From: a virus
IMG/VR virus record: IMGVR_UViG_3300045988_068596
Length of the DNA stretch: 64,000 bases
Strand: one strand, 5' to 3'
Shown: piece by piece, positions 1 to 11,400 of the stretch
Numbering within the stretch: the stretch's first letter is position 1
Layout of the letters: each line of letters opens with the position of its first letter
Translations under genes and position numbers: made by a program
The notes under the pieces: model-generated
Seen by the model: the letters and a program-made list of their open reading frames with translations, nothing else
What the model was told of the DNA's origin: nothing
Databases searched by the model: none

Positions 1-1
1 T

Positions 2-2320
2 GCTAATACAACGCTTATCCCAGTAGAAACAGGTTCTATCCAACTTGGATTCTTGTTGAACCGTGATACAACAGGTGAAAAATCTTGGCTAAACGGTTTA
101 CGTCTACGTGATTATACAGATACGTATAAGCTAAACGATGACGTTAGAGAAACACAAGAAAATGTGGATAAAGCCCAAGCAGATGCAGATAAAGCTAACC
201 AGTCAATTGCTGATTTATCTAATGATAATCTAGTTACTCCTAACGAGAAACTAGATTTGAAAAAAGAGTGGGAAATCATTGTTGCTGAAAAACCTAAGAA
301 TGATGCTCAGGCAGATAAATTCGGAGTAAGTAAAGTAGCTTACGGTACTGCGTATACTGCTCTAGATACGTATTTAAAACCCATCTTAGCAAGCACAACA
401 ACGAACTCTGCGATTGTTGGACAAACTATGCGGGATACGTTTAAGGCGTATTACACGGCTCGTACAGACCTGTTAAACGCTATTGCATCTAAAGCTAAAG
501 AATTGGCTGATAATGCACAAGATACCGCAGATAATATAGCTGTCGGTACTCGTAACCTTTTAATCGGAACACAGGACTTTTTCAAAGGTAAATATCCGGG
601 TAATGCTAACGTTACCATTACAGATGAAAAGCTATTTGGAAATGCAGTAATGAAGAATGATTACACTACAGGTACCGGATATTCAGATATGTACCAAATG
701 ACGACCTCAATTATTCCAACAGGAACTCAGTATACACTATCGTTTTATGCAAAGGCAGACCTAGAAGGAACTAAAATGTCTTGTTACTTCTACAACCCAA
801 ATACTACGACAAGTAGTGTAAACAGTCAAGGTGGCAAACTTAGTTCTAGTGACGGTCGTACTGTATTTGTTTTAAGTACAGAATGGACTAAATACTGGGT
901 AACTTGGACACAGACACAGGCAGACAAGCCTAAGTCAGTAATTATTGGTCGTAAGACTGGTGGGGAAGAACCTAACTCTGCTTTCTATATGTCTTCTCCT
1001 ATGATGGTAGAGGGGAACAAACCACAAACGTGGATGAAAGCCCCAGAAGACATTGAAACAGCTATAAACGGTAAAGAAGGTGCATGGGTTTACTCCCCAA
1101 CAGCACCAACAAATCCGGCTGTTGGTTTAGTCTGGGTAGACTCTTCTAAAACTCCGAACCAACCAAAACGTTGGGTTGGTGGAGAAACTGGATGGGTTGC
1201 CTTAACCCCAGAAGAAGTAAAAGATTTACCTTGGGGTGAAGATGGTTCTAGTCTTGCTGACTGGGTAGCACAAGCAGAGCAAAAGATTTCTTCTGATGCA
1301 ATCATTAGTACTGTACTAGGTTCTGAGGACTTTACCGGTATTTTTGACTCCAAAGCAAATACAGAAGACTTAAATAACCTTGCTTCTTACGATGACTTAG
1401 ATGCTATGCAAGCTAAGTATGAACGTCTGTTAAAAGAAGGGATTGCAGGAATTGACTTCTCACCATATGTAACTAACACAGAGCTAGAACAATTGAAAGA
1501 TAGCTTCACTTTCTCTGTTCAACAAGCCGGTGGGGTTAATATGTTGAAAAACTCTCTAGGATTCTCTGGGACAGACTTCTGGCAAGCCTCTTCTGGTATA
1601 GATACTACTCAGAATGAACAGTTGTCTAAATTAGGATTTGGTTCCGGATTTATGATAAACCGAGTTCAAAATGCAACACTAGCTCAGACAATCGAATTAC
1701 CAGAAGCAAAACAAGGTTTGCAGTATGCTTTATCCTTCTACATGAACGTAGCTACTTTTGGAGATGTCACTGATTTCCAATGTGGGGCACATATCTACGA
1801 AGAAGGTGTGTTGAAGTATACTGTTGGGGTAACAGATGCTACACAAGAAATCCCAAGTGACTATCACTTGTATAAACTTGTATTTGAACCAGAGTCTCCG
1901 AATACTGTCATTGAATTATTTGTTACAAATGGTGCACAGGCAACTGTAATCATTTCAGGGGTTATGTACAATATTGGTAACATTGCGTTGAAATGGCAAC
2001 CATACCCAAGTGAAATCTATAACACGAACGTTAAGATTGATATTAATGGTATTACTGTTAAAAACAATCAGACAGATGGTTATACAATGATTACTCCGCA
2101 AGAGTTTTCAGGTTACGCAAGGGTTAACGGAGAGATGGAACGTATCTTTACCCTAAATGGTCAGGTAACAGAGGTTAAGATGTTACAAGCAGAGAAGCGT
2201 ATTACAATGGAACCTATTTCCGTGTTTGCGATGAACTCTAAAGAAACCAATACAATTGGTTGGGCGTTTGTTGCTTCCGGAGAGGTTGCACATTCTGCCA
2301 TAGCATCTCGTACACAATAG
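2..2320 (+). CDS. Large tail protein, C-terminal portion. The ORF is open to the window start; the TTG at 53 is only the first in-frame alternative start. It has an N-terminal coiled-coil segment followed by beta-rich carbohydrate-binding-like modules.
   Basis: The frame stays open from nt 2 with no stop. Motifs such as 'QYTLSFYAKADLEG' and 'LQYALSFYMNVATFGD' resemble CBM-like modules also seen in the 1549-aa fibre. Its position at the head of the tail/baseplate module fits a tail protein. Confidence 0.5.
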   Translation, partial: ANTTLIPVETGSIQLGFLLNRDTTGEKSWLNGLRLRDYTDTYKLNDDVRETQENVDKAQADADKANQSIADLSNDNLVTPNEKLDLKKEWEIIVAEKPKNDAQADKFGVSKVAYGTAYTALDTYLKPILASTTTNSAIVGQTMRDTFKAYYTARTDLLNAIASKAKELADNAQDTADNIAVGTRNLLIGTQDFFKGKYPGNANVTITDEKLFGNAVMKNDYTTGTGYSDMYQMTTSIIPTGTQYTLSFYAKADLEGTKMSCYFYNPNTTTSSVNSQGGKLSSSDGRTVFVLSTEWTKYWVTWTQTQADKPKSVIIGRKTGGEEPNSAFYMSSPMMVEGNKPQTWMKAPEDIETAINGKEGAWVYSPTAPTNPAVGLVWVDSSKTPNQPKRWVGGETGWVALTPEEVKDLPWGEDGSSLADWVAQAEQKISSDAIISTVLGSEDFTGIFDSKANTEDLNNLASYDDLDAMQAKYERLLKEGIAGIDFSPYVTNTELEQLKDSFTFSVQQAGGVNMLKNSLGFSGTDFWQASSGIDTTQNEQLSKLGFGSGFMINRVQNATLAQTIELPEAKQGLQYALSFYMNVATFGDVTDFQCGAHIYEEGVLKYTVGVTDATQEIPSDYHLYKLVFEPESPNTVIELFVTNGAQATVIISGVMYNIGNIALKWQPYPSEIYNTNVKIDINGITVKNNQTDGYTMITPQEFSGYARVNGEMERIFTLNGQVTEVKMLQAEKRITMEPISVFAMNSKETNTIGWAFVASGEVAHSAIASRTQ

Positions 2321-2323
2321 AAA

Positions 2324-2358
2324 GAGGGAGCCTTATCTGTAAGGCTCTCTTTTGTTGT
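2324..2358 (+). terminator. Rho-independent terminator after the first tail gene.
   Basis: Hairpin gagggagcctta-tctg-taaggctctct followed by a T-rich run (tcttttgttg). Confidence 0.6.
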
Positions 2359-2371
2359 GTTGTGCTATAAT
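2354..2371 (+). promoter_or_regulatory. Extended -10 promoter-like element TTGTGTTGTGCTATAAT.
   Basis: TGcTATAAT lies directly downstream of the terminator. It is one member of a recurring TRTGTGTGCTATAWT motif family. Confidence 0.4.
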
Positions 2372-2408
2372 TATATTATGAGAAACAAAACAAGAGGTGA
2401 GAAAATAA

Positions 2409-4820
2409 ATGGCTTTAAGCGGTAGTACATACACAGCTTTTGCACGGCATAGGCTTGTGTTAGAATGGAGAGCCTCCCAGAATGTTGCGGGCAACTACTC
2501 TGATGTAAGTATTTGGTTATACTTGCAGTCTATGGATTCCTATGGTGCTTTATATGCTCCTGCTGTTGGACAAGCACAGGTAACAGCTAATGGGGTTAAG
2601 CAAACCGAAAATGCAACATCACAATTGAATGCTTATCAGAAAAAACTATTGCTAGCCAAAGTTTGGCGTGTAAACCATAACGCAGATGGTAGCAAGTCTT
2701 TTTCTATATCTGCTAGTTATTTCGTAAACGTAACCTATTCAGGTGTTTACTACGGAACAATCTCGATACCGTCATTCTCGGTTTCATTAAATAAGATTCC
2801 ACGTAAAAGTTCGTTAAACCCTGTGCCAGATTTAAATATTCCTAATAAACTAGGGGTAAGTATTACCCGACAAAGTTCTAGTTTTACACATAATTTAACT
2901 GTTTGGGTAGCCAATAGAACAAACCCTACATTAGATAATGACTCCCATTGGGTGTATTTAAACAGTATTGAGAACGTAGGTACAAGTGGTACATTCACAT
3001 TTAGTGTAGCAAACTTCACAGAAATGTTCAAGAGGATGGGTACAAGTACCGAATGGGTAGGTAAGGTGAAGCTCTGGACGAATGGGTTAAGCGAGTCAGT
3101 GCCGAGCCAACAACGAACCTTCCGAATAAAACCTCCAATGAACGCACAGGCTTCTGGGGGTAAGTTAAAAATAAAAGCAGGAGAAAAGATTACTGTTAGT
3201 CTAAGTAACTTCCAATCTGACGGTAACTTTAAATATACAGGTGTTTTTAACTATCGAGGGGTATCTATACCAGTAGCAACAAATGTACATGCAAACTCTA
3301 TGACACTTACATTAACCCAAGCAAACGTGGATTCTATCTTGAAAGAGTCTCCAGATGATGCAGGAACATGGGGGCAAGTACGAGTAACAAGTTACTACAA
3401 TGGTGTACAATATCGAACTCCTTGGACTGGACAGCATATTGATTGTACCATTCCTAAAGAAGATTATCTACCTGTAATCAACGGAACACCGACTTATACT
3501 GACTTAAGTGCCGAAGCTACTAACGTTACCGGAAGTAACCAAGTAGCATTACAAAGTAAGTCTAATATCCGTGTGACTATTCCGGCTAACTTTGCCACAG
3601 GTCAAGGATTCTCAACAATTAAAACCGTGCAAGCTTCATTAGGTGGGGCTACAAAAACCGCTAGCTATAATGCTTCTGGTTTTAACATTGATATTGGTGC
3701 TCCAAATGAGGGTACTGCTTCCTCATTAGTTGTTACTGTTTTAGACGGTCGAGGATTTAGTACATCTTGGACAAAAACAGTTCAAGTATACCCGTATACA
3801 AATCCGGATGTTGCTTACACGATTGCTCGTAGAAATAACTTTGAAGTAGACACGGAGTTAACAGTTTCAAGTAGTTGGGCACCTGTTACTATCGGTGGTG
3901 TAAACAAAAATGCAATTACGTCAGTAACCTACGCAACTAAACGTTCAGGTACAAGTACATGGGGTTCGGAAACACCTGTTACTTTTAGTACTGATGGTAA
4001 TAAAGTTACTGTTCCTACCACTGTTGTTCAGATACCTAACGAATATAGTTGGAATTTCCGTCTAACTATTAAGGATAAATTTGGTAGTTTTTCTAGGGAA
4101 GCAAATATTCCTGCTGGAAAACCTATCATGTTTATTGATGCTGTTCGTGAATCTGTAGGTTTTGGTAACTTAACAGGTACAGGAGAAAGTCGTAACCTTA
4201 ATGGTGTAATTGAAATTGAACCTGAAAGATACCACGATTCAGGTAAAACAGGTATTCAGATGAACAATAGTGATATATCTGGGTTAAACGGGATATTTTT
4301 CTCTAATGATGTAATGGATAACCATGGAGAAGGGTTACATTTTATTAAGAGCGGTAAACCGATAAATTCTAATAACCTAGATGATTATGACTACATGTAC
4401 ATGCGTGATAGTAGTTTGTATATTAATCAAGATTCACGACCTCTATTTAAAGTTAATAGTAGTGGCTATCAAACTACGTCTAGTCTATACTATTATGAAC
4501 AAAAAATTGCGAGCACTGCAAATTTTGAATCCGCCTTTATAAACTACTCCCGGTGGGGGCAATTAATAGTGGCTAGCGTAGGATTTAGTCTACTAAAGGA
4601 CGAAGGTTGGAAAGTTTTAGCTAAACCTCCGGCAGGATTTACGCCGTCTAATGGAGGAGCAACTACACTAAGTTCACAGTCTTACCGAGGCAATACTGTA
4701 GGCATATATGTAAATAATTCTGGTTTTAATATAGTACCCTCCATTGGTTCAGGAAATGCTAAGGGAGACACTTACAGAGGTACACTAGTGTATTTAACAA
4801 ATGATAACTACCCTATTTAG
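2409..4820 (+). CDS. Tail structural protein (803 aa), possibly an XkdV-like tail fibre or tail-associated protein.
   Basis: Long ORF with an RBS (aagaggtgag). It is Thr/Ser/Asn-rich and beta-like. It is followed by small XkdW/XkdX-like genes in a tail context. Confidence 0.45.
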   Translation: MALSGSTYTAFARHRLVLEWRASQNVAGNYSDVSIWLYLQSMDSYGALYAPAVGQAQVTANGVKQTENATSQLNAYQKKLLLAKVWRVNHNADGSKSFSISASYFVNVTYSGVYYGTISIPSFSVSLNKIPRKSSLNPVPDLNIPNKLGVSITRQSSSFTHNLTVWVANRTNPTLDNDSHWVYLNSIENVGTSGTFTFSVANFTEMFKRMGTSTEWVGKVKLWTNGLSESVPSQQRTFRIKPPMNAQASGGKLKIKAGEKITVSLSNFQSDGNFKYTGVFNYRGVSIPVATNVHANSMTLTLTQANVDSILKESPDDAGTWGQVRVTSYYNGVQYRTPWTGQHIDCTIPKEDYLPVINGTPTYTDLSAEATNVTGSNQVALQSKSNIRVTIPANFATGQGFSTIKTVQASLGGATKTASYNASGFNIDIGAPNEGTASSLVVTVLDGRGFSTSWTKTVQVYPYTNPDVAYTIARRNNFEVDTELTVSSSWAPVTIGGVNKNAITSVTYATKRSGTSTWGSETPVTFSTDGNKVTVPTTVVQIPNEYSWNFRLTIKDKFGSFSREANIPAGKPIMFIDAVRESVGFGNLTGTGESRNLNGVIEIEPERYHDSGKTGIQMNNSDISGLNGIFFSNDVMDNHGEGLHFIKSGKPINSNNLDDYDYMYMRDSSLYINQDSRPLFKVNSSGYQTTSSLYYYEQKIASTANFESAFINYSRWGQLIVASVGFSLLKDEGWKVLAKPPAGFTPSNGGATTLSSQSYRGNTVGIYVNNSGFNIVPSIGSGNAKGDTYRGTLVYLTNDNYPI

Positions 4821-4829
4821 GAGGAAAAA

Positions 4830-5120
4830 ATGTATACTGTATATAAAATTTTATCGGTGAAAAATGAAAAGGGCAATTGGTATGAAATATATGAAATACC
4901 GAATGGGATACCAGTACCACCAGACTGTGTTGTTACACCTATTCCTGAAAGTTTAAAGAACCCAAAATATGATTTTGTTAAAGATGGATGGGTAGAAGAC
5001 ACAGAAGCATTAATTGAATCTTTGCAAAAGGAAAACAAAGAACTAAAGCAAAAAATAGAGTTTAACGAACTGGCTTTAATGGATGCGATTAACATGCTAT
5101 CGAGCATGATTATGAATTAA
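4830..5120 (+). CDS. Small tail-module protein (96 aa) with a C-terminal coiled coil; possibly XkdW-like.
   Basis: RBS ggaggaaaaaATG. Its position directly after the fibre-like gene fits the PBSX xkdV-xkdW-xkdX arrangement (inference). Confidence 0.35.
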   Translation: MYTVYKILSVKNEKGNWYEIYEIPNGIPVPPDCVVTPIPESLKNPKYDFVKDGWVEDTEALIESLQKENKELKQKIEFNELALMDAINMLSSMIMN

Positions 5121-5138
5121 TTTTAGGGAGGTGATAAC

Positions 5139-5285
5139 ATGTATCCACACTTAGCAATGCTCTATGCAACGTATGTCATGAAAGACCCTAAAACATGGAC
5201 GATGGACAAAGTTCCTGCTATGATTCGAGAAGATGTACAAAGAATTGTAGATGAAATGACAAAAAAAGAACAAGTACCCGAGTAG
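5139..5285 (+). CDS. Unlisted small ORF of 48 aa (MYPHLAMLYATYVMKDPKTWTMDKVPAMIREDVQRIVDEMTKKEQVPE).
   Basis: Strong RBS tagggaggtgataacATG. It falls below the 60-aa cutoff of the ORF track. Its position after the fibre gene resembles XkdX-like small genes. Confidence 0.4.
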   Translation: MYPHLAMLYATYVMKDPKTWTMDKVPAMIREDVQRIVDEMTKKEQVPE

Positions 5286-5362
5286 TCTTTCTAACACTAG
5301 GGGTTTCCATTGGTTTAGTCGCAGGACTAGCTATTGGGTTCTTCCTATAATGCTCGGGGAGA

Positions 5363-5396
5363 GGAAGAGGGTGGCTTAGGCTGTCCTCTTTTTTCT
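5363..5396 (+). terminator. Terminator hairpin aagagg-N14-cctctt followed by tttttc.
   Basis: Stem-loop plus T-run after the small ORF. It is preceded by a second hairpin whose arms tcttcct/aggaaga bracket a TATAAT hexamer. Confidence 0.45.
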
Positions 5397-5439
5397 TAGT
5401 TAATTGTACTATATTAATGGACGAAAGGACGTGATAAGT

Positions 5440-6141
5440 GTGGGACAATCAGATGGAATGGGTGGAACATTAAAAAGAATTGCTATTCAAGTCGGAGACG
5501 ACCCAAACACAGGTTGGTATAGATTTCAAGTTAACCCAACTCAATATAAATACAGCAAACCACACCGTGTAACAATCTTTAAAACAAAGTCTAACATTAT
5601 CACTGAGGACTTTGGTAAAGATATTGAAACCATTCAATTCTCCGGTACAACTGGATTTAGAAAAGACTCTAGAGGAATGAACGGTGCTGATAGATTGAGA
5701 GAACTATCTAATTTGATAGATGATTATGCAAATCAAGGTGGTAATGGTAACCGTCCGAAAGTAGAAATGAAGTTCTATAATTTTACTGATGACCAGTATT
5801 TTGTGGTTCATTTAGCCCCAGAAGGTCTCACTATAGAACGTTCTGCGGAACAGCCATTACTATTTACTTATACATTAAGTTTAGTTGTATTAAGAAAAGC
5901 AGGAGAGCCTGCTGAACGTGACCAAGTAAACCCAGAAATTGGGAACAAAAATCCAAGTGTAGGAGACAAGGATAAAGAAACAAGAAATGGTACAATTCAA
6001 ACTCCTGCGCAAATACTACATGAACAGTATAAAAATTCTGTGTTGCCAAATATAGCAGTAAACCCTAGTGGTACATCAGGTGCCTATAACTATGGTTTAG
6101 TTGAACTAAAAAGATTAATTGGTTACGGAGGTGGTCAGTAA
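5440..6141 (+). CDS. Baseplate-module protein (~234 aa), XkdQ/gpD-like by position.
   Basis: RBS gaaaggac followed by a GTG start at 5440. It is the first gene of a conserved baseplate gene order. Confidence 0.35.
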   Translation: MGQSDGMGGTLKRIAIQVGDDPNTGWYRFQVNPTQYKYSKPHRVTIFKTKSNIITEDFGKDIETIQFSGTTGFRKDSRGMNGADRLRELSNLIDDYANQGGNGNRPKVEMKFYNFTDDQYFVVHLAPEGLTIERSAEQPLLFTYTLSLVVLRKAGEPAERDQVNPEIGNKNPSVGDKDKETRNGTIQTPAQILHEQYKNSVLPNIAVNPSGTSGAYNYGLVELKRLIGYGGGQ

Positions 6142-6677
6142 TGGCAACTGTATATCAATCTGCGGACTTGCTTAGATTCTTTCGTTACTTAAATGTAAAC
6201 GTGCAAGGAGATGTCGTTAGTAATGTCATAGACGACCAACCTAACTTTATTTCAAGATTTTACACACCACACACAAGAGTGAATAAAATATCTAGCACCT
6301 TATTGGATATTGTGAAAGACAATAACATTAGTGAAACAAACAAAGAGTTATCCAAGGATTCACTAACCTATAAGTTCTTGAAGAGTGGACTACGATTAAC
6401 AGCTCCTGACATTTACCAGTTAGCTCAAATCGTAGTACTTGAATCTTTTGCTTTGATTTATGCAATTGAAGAAAAACCTGAAATGTTCAAAATGATTAAT
6501 GAATCAGATGTGAAACAAACACGGGAGAACGTAAAATATCTTGTGGACTACTTAGGAGAGAAAAAAGACTATACTGATATTGTAATGGATTTACACTCTA
6601 TGGATATTGCCCTTGGTTATATTCAAGAACAGATTCCATTAATTCAAGGAGGGTTACCAGTAAATGGCACGATATAA
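6141..6677 (+). CDS. Baseplate-module hypothetical protein (178 aa).
   Basis: Its ATG overlaps the stop of the upstream gene (ATGA, translational coupling). Confidence 0.4.
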   Translation: MATVYQSADLLRFFRYLNVNVQGDVVSNVIDDQPNFISRFYTPHTRVNKISSTLLDIVKDNNISETNKELSKDSLTYKFLKSGLRLTAPDIYQLAQIVVLESFALIYAIEEKPEMFKMINESDVKQTRENVKYLVDYLGEKKDYTDIVMDLHSMDIALGYIQEQIPLIQGGLPVNGTI

Positions 6678-7368
6678 AAAACATACAATCGTTTATGGAG
6701 AAACCATGCAATCTATCGCTCAAATGGAAACAGGTTCAGTAAACGACTGGATAAAAATTGCTGAGTATAACTCCTTGGTTTATCCATACATAGTAGACAC
6801 TATGCAAGAGAAAATGGCTAACATTGAACATTTAGCAACACCGGGAGATACCTTAGTAATTCCTGTCGAAGCTAACCTACTAGATATGGATGTAAGTAAT
6901 TTAAATCAAAGAGATATGGATTTTCTATTAAGCTTATCTCTAGGTCGTGATTTAGACATGACAAGTGAAACAGAATACTATGAAAATCATGGAACAAGTG
7001 ATGAGGTGTTCTCATTGACCCATAACGGGCACGGAGACCTTAAGACGGCTAGTGGAGCAGATAATATAAGGCAAGCAACTATCTCTCGTCTAATGACCGC
7101 TAAGGGGTCTTTAATGCTACATCCAGAATATGGTAGTAATCTACACCTACTTTTTGGCAAAACAACTATTGAACAAATGAAATTGATTAGTTTAGAAGTA
7201 TGTGAAACTGTATTAAAAGACACTCGGGTAGCTGAGTGTGTACTGGTTAGTCATTATATCGAAGAAGACCACTATGTAGGAAACTACCGAGCAACCATAC
7301 AATCAACAAAAGACCAATTTGAGTTTGTGGTGCAAAATGATAGTGTGGGCGCAATTGTTATAGAATAG
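6664..7368 (+). CDS. Baseplate wedge protein with an N-terminal LysM domain and a gp25/GPW-like domain.
   Basis: LysM-like segment 'HTIVYGETMQSIAQ...WIKIAEYNSL'. GPW/gp25-type segment 'LHPEYGSNLHLLFGKTT'. Confidence 0.55.
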   Translation: MARYKKHTIVYGETMQSIAQMETGSVNDWIKIAEYNSLVYPYIVDTMQEKMANIEHLATPGDTLVIPVEANLLDMDVSNLNQRDMDFLLSLSLGRDLDMTSETEYYENHGTSDEVFSLTHNGHGDLKTASGADNIRQATISRLMTAKGSLMLHPEYGSNLHLLFGKTTIEQMKLISLEVCETVLKDTRVAECVLVSHYIEEDHYVGNYRATIQSTKDQFEFVVQNDSVGAIVIE

Positions 7369-7382
7369 AAAGGAGTATCCCT

Positions 7383-8435
7383 GTGAGACTAAAGAAGATT
7401 TCAGAAATTTTAGGTAGACTAATTGACGTAACCATGATTAATACTCATGAGTTAAACGACTTCTCTGTAGGGTCTACAATCCGTTCCATTTACGAAGCTG
7501 TATCAATGGAACTTGAACAATACTACATCTTAGGAAGAGAAAATATTTTATGGGGTATCGAACAGGGGGTACTCAATGCTTTTGATTTTAGAAAACGTGA
7601 AGCTAAACGGGCTTATGGTATGGTTACTCTAGAATTTCATACCGTAACGCAAACCCCTGTTTATGTGCCGACAGGTACAACCTTTGACTCTAGCTTGTCT
7701 GGTGCACCTAGTAACTTGACATTTCAAACCATGCAAGACTATATAATTCCTGCCGGAGTTGTTACTGCTAAAGTAGAGGTTTACTGTACAACAGTTGGTT
7801 CCCAAGGTAACATTGCCAAAGGAAGAGTAAATCGGGTTATTAACAACATCTCTAACCTGAAAAAAGTGTATAATGAATATGACATACTTACTGGTACTGA
7901 TGAGGAAAGTATCGAATCGGTTAAAAAACGGTTCCATGCTTTTGTTGAGTCACGTGGTAGAGCTACAATCAAAGCACTAGATTATGGTACACGACAAGTC
8001 GAAGAAGTATCCGGTGTGTATATCAAAGAGGAAGTTGGTTATGTACGTATTTACGCTCATGACTTGAACGGAGACTTAAAAGACGAAACACTAGCTAAAA
8101 TCAAAACAGCTATTGAAGACTATCGACCTGCGGGAATTAAATTAGATGTGTTCCCTGTAGTCAAACTTACAGTACCAATTGATGTAACAATCACAATTAG
8201 TAATAAAAACAGAATTAACACTGCACTAGAAGAACGAATCGAATTAACTATTAGAAACTACTTAAACAGTCGTTCAGTATCAGAAACATTGGTAAAAGCT
8301 GATTTATTGCAAGCTATTATGAATATTGATGATAACTTAATTTATGACTGTGAGATTAATAATCTTAGTGGTAATCTAGATATTAAAGACGAGGAGATTA
8401 TTCGTGCAGGAGACGTAACAATAGAATTAATCTAG
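7383..8435 (+). CDS. Baseplate J-like protein (gp6/J family).
   Basis: GTG start with RBS aaaggag. Size and position after the gp25-like gene match the J family. Confidence 0.45.
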   Translation: MRLKKISEILGRLIDVTMINTHELNDFSVGSTIRSIYEAVSMELEQYYILGRENILWGIEQGVLNAFDFRKREAKRAYGMVTLEFHTVTQTPVYVPTGTTFDSSLSGAPSNLTFQTMQDYIIPAGVVTAKVEVYCTTVGSQGNIAKGRVNRVINNISNLKKVYNEYDILTGTDEESIESVKKRFHAFVESRGRATIKALDYGTRQVEEVSGVYIKEEVGYVRIYAHDLNGDLKDETLAKIKTAIEDYRPAGIKLDVFPVVKLTVPIDVTITISNKNRINTALEERIELTIRNYLNSRSVSETLVKADLLQAIMNIDDNLIYDCEINNLSGNLDIKDEEIIRAGDVTIELI

Positions 8436-8446
8436 GAGGTAACATT

Positions 8447-11400
8447 GTGAGTAATTTTTTCAGAAATATACACCCACTCTTGCGAAGAAATAAACGTCCG
8501 GAGAAGTATGATGACACGAATTTCGCTGTGTTAAATGCGTTGAACTATGAATTAACACAGGCAGAGCAAGAAACCATTGCTAGTAAAATACAATCCTCCT
8601 TAGAGTCTGCTACAGATACGTACCTAGACACTTGGGGAGATTGGTTCGGGGTGTACCGTAAGGATGGTTGGGACGATGAGTATTATCGTGCACGTATCAT
8701 ACGGGAACTACTTCTTAAGCGTGGTACAATTCCTGCTATCATTGATGCGCTAGTAGATTTTCTTAATGATAATGATGCAGTTATCCAAATCTACGAACCA
8801 TGGAGAAACATCTTCTATACAAATAAATCTAAATTAAACGGTGATGACCACTTAATGGGTTATTACTACCGTTTTGCAATTATTGACATTTCAATTGACA
8901 GACCGTTTCCTCCTGAAATCGTAGAGATTATCAAGGCTTTCAAACCTGCGGGTGTTTTATTCTATCTAAGACTAGATACAAGCTTAGCTAAGAATAAAAC
9001 AACTGTAGAAAGTCCTTATGTATACTTAGACGTAACAAATAAAACAGAATTAGAGTTCCTTAACGGTTTGTATTATGACCTACGAGGTAACATTAACTTG
9101 TCTGACCAACGAACACAAGTTGTGGGGAATAACATCTTCCACACAAATAACTCTAAGCTAAACGGAGAAGACGTGCTTGCAGGAGCATTTAACCATGGAC
9201 GAGGCTATATTCACTTAGCAAGTACCACATTGCTTGATTACACACCAAAACCTACTGATTCCATGAGTGACTTAAAAACAACTCTAGGAGAAGCAGGCTC
9301 TGATATGTACAATCAAACAAAAGAAAAAGACGGAAGAACAGCTTCTATTCAAGTACCTGCAACAAAAAATGTACACACCCTATACTCAAACAGCACCGAC
9401 TTCGGTGAATACGATTATTCGACAGCGCCAAACTTGTTAAAAACAGTTACAAGAAATCATTGGAGTAACTGGACTTCATCTGTGAGTACCCCAAAAGATT
9501 ATGTAAAAGTTTTTGATGACTATATTATTGTGGATGCCACAGACCCGTCTGCTGTAAATGTAGGAAGAAACGTTTATATACCTAATATTACACGATTGAC
9601 TAAGGGTAAGCAATATACACTAAGTGTTAGTATGATGGTTGATAATGAGTTTGATTTGAGTGAAACCAGTTATAATCAATCAGCCGTTCATTATACCATA
9701 CAAAGTAATGGTACTCCTGAAAGACCTATGATTATTAGACCTAACAAAACAATGGTGAACCAATGGCAACGTGTTTCAGTTAAGTTTACAGTACCAACGT
9801 CTATCAACGATGGTGACTATTGTTTCTTACATTTTTATGAAGGCTCTGGAGTAACAGGAAAATGGTATATTAGAAATGACATCATGATTCAAGAAGGAGA
9901 CCAAACCAGTTCCCAAGCACCAGCTAACCAAATGCCAAAAATCACAACTGATGATTATATGTTTTCACACCAGAATGTTACCAAGACTGAGGAAGAAGGT
10001 AATATCACTAATTTCAATAATTTACCAACTAGTGAACCTACTCGCAATATATACGTTAGGAACACAGAGGGTACTAAAAAACTAATCCCTTTGCTATCAG
10101 ATAAAAAACAATATACCATGAGCGTTGAAATGTGGTCTGAAAAAGAGGTAACACCAAGCATAAGATACCGTGTTAATGATAGTAACAACACACCCAAGTT
10201 CCCTTTAGAAATAGCTAATAAAAAAATACCAGCTAAACAATGGACTGAGGTGTCTGTTACTAAAACACTTGACTTACCTAGTAACCCTAACATCTTGCCA
10301 TACTTCAAAGCTAGCGATTTTAAACCGACATCTGGTGCGACTGTGGAAGACGTTGGTAAGGGCATTCAAGTAACATTTTCTAAAACAGATGGAGCTACTT
10401 TCTTAGAGTGTATACCTAATTTACAAGGTTTAAAAGCCAATACTAAATATACAATGAGCGCTGATATAACAGTTAAAGAGGGTTACACTGGTAAATTAGA
10501 TAACTTACGTATTTATTACAGAAAGTTTCCCGGTGGTACTGGGATTATTAATATGTGGGCTACTAACGCTGTGGTAGGTCAAAAAACACAAATAAAAGTT
10601 ACAGAAAATTCTAGTGCTAATACTGACCCAACTGTATATGATAGAATGTATTTAACAATCCATACAACCAGTACAGAACCATTTGTAGGCACCGTTTTAA
10701 TTGAGAATTTAAAACTAGAAGAGGGTGAAACAGTTACGCCTGACTACCCACAACACTGGCTACACATTGCTATTCCGAAAGCATATGAGGGTACTATCAA
10801 AATCAAGAATGACAGTATCAAAATTCAAGAGGGAGAAAAAACAACCAAACCATCTTGGAAACCTAACTTATTAGCTGAACCATACGAGGTTGGTGACATT
10901 CCAGTACAATCTAATATTGCACCAAATGTAGGTTTACCAGTTACTACTTCTGCCCAGTTAATAACACAACAAACACTTAAAGATTACGTTGTTAAAGGAG
11001 AAACTTACACGGTAACATTAAAAGGTACGAAACCAGCTAATCAAGGTTTTAGAGTTTTTATAGCACAAGATAACGGTAATAGGTCTATGGCTGATATGAC
11101 TCCTATAGAGGGCTTACCAGACCAATGGGGAGCTACTTTCACATATAATATTGATAATACTAATACTGGAGCTAAACAGCTACGTATTTATCAACGTTAT
11201 CCAGAATTAGGTTCATGTAAAATAGATTGGGTTAAGATTGAAAAAGGTGACACCAGAACTCCTAACATTGATTCCTACGACTACGTAGGCTCTCTGATAG
11301 AAGATACAGAAACACCTACATTAGACCCGACTAAGTATACATGGACAGTAAATGGGGATGTAACAAACAAAAAGGCATATATGGTATTTGACATTAAAAC

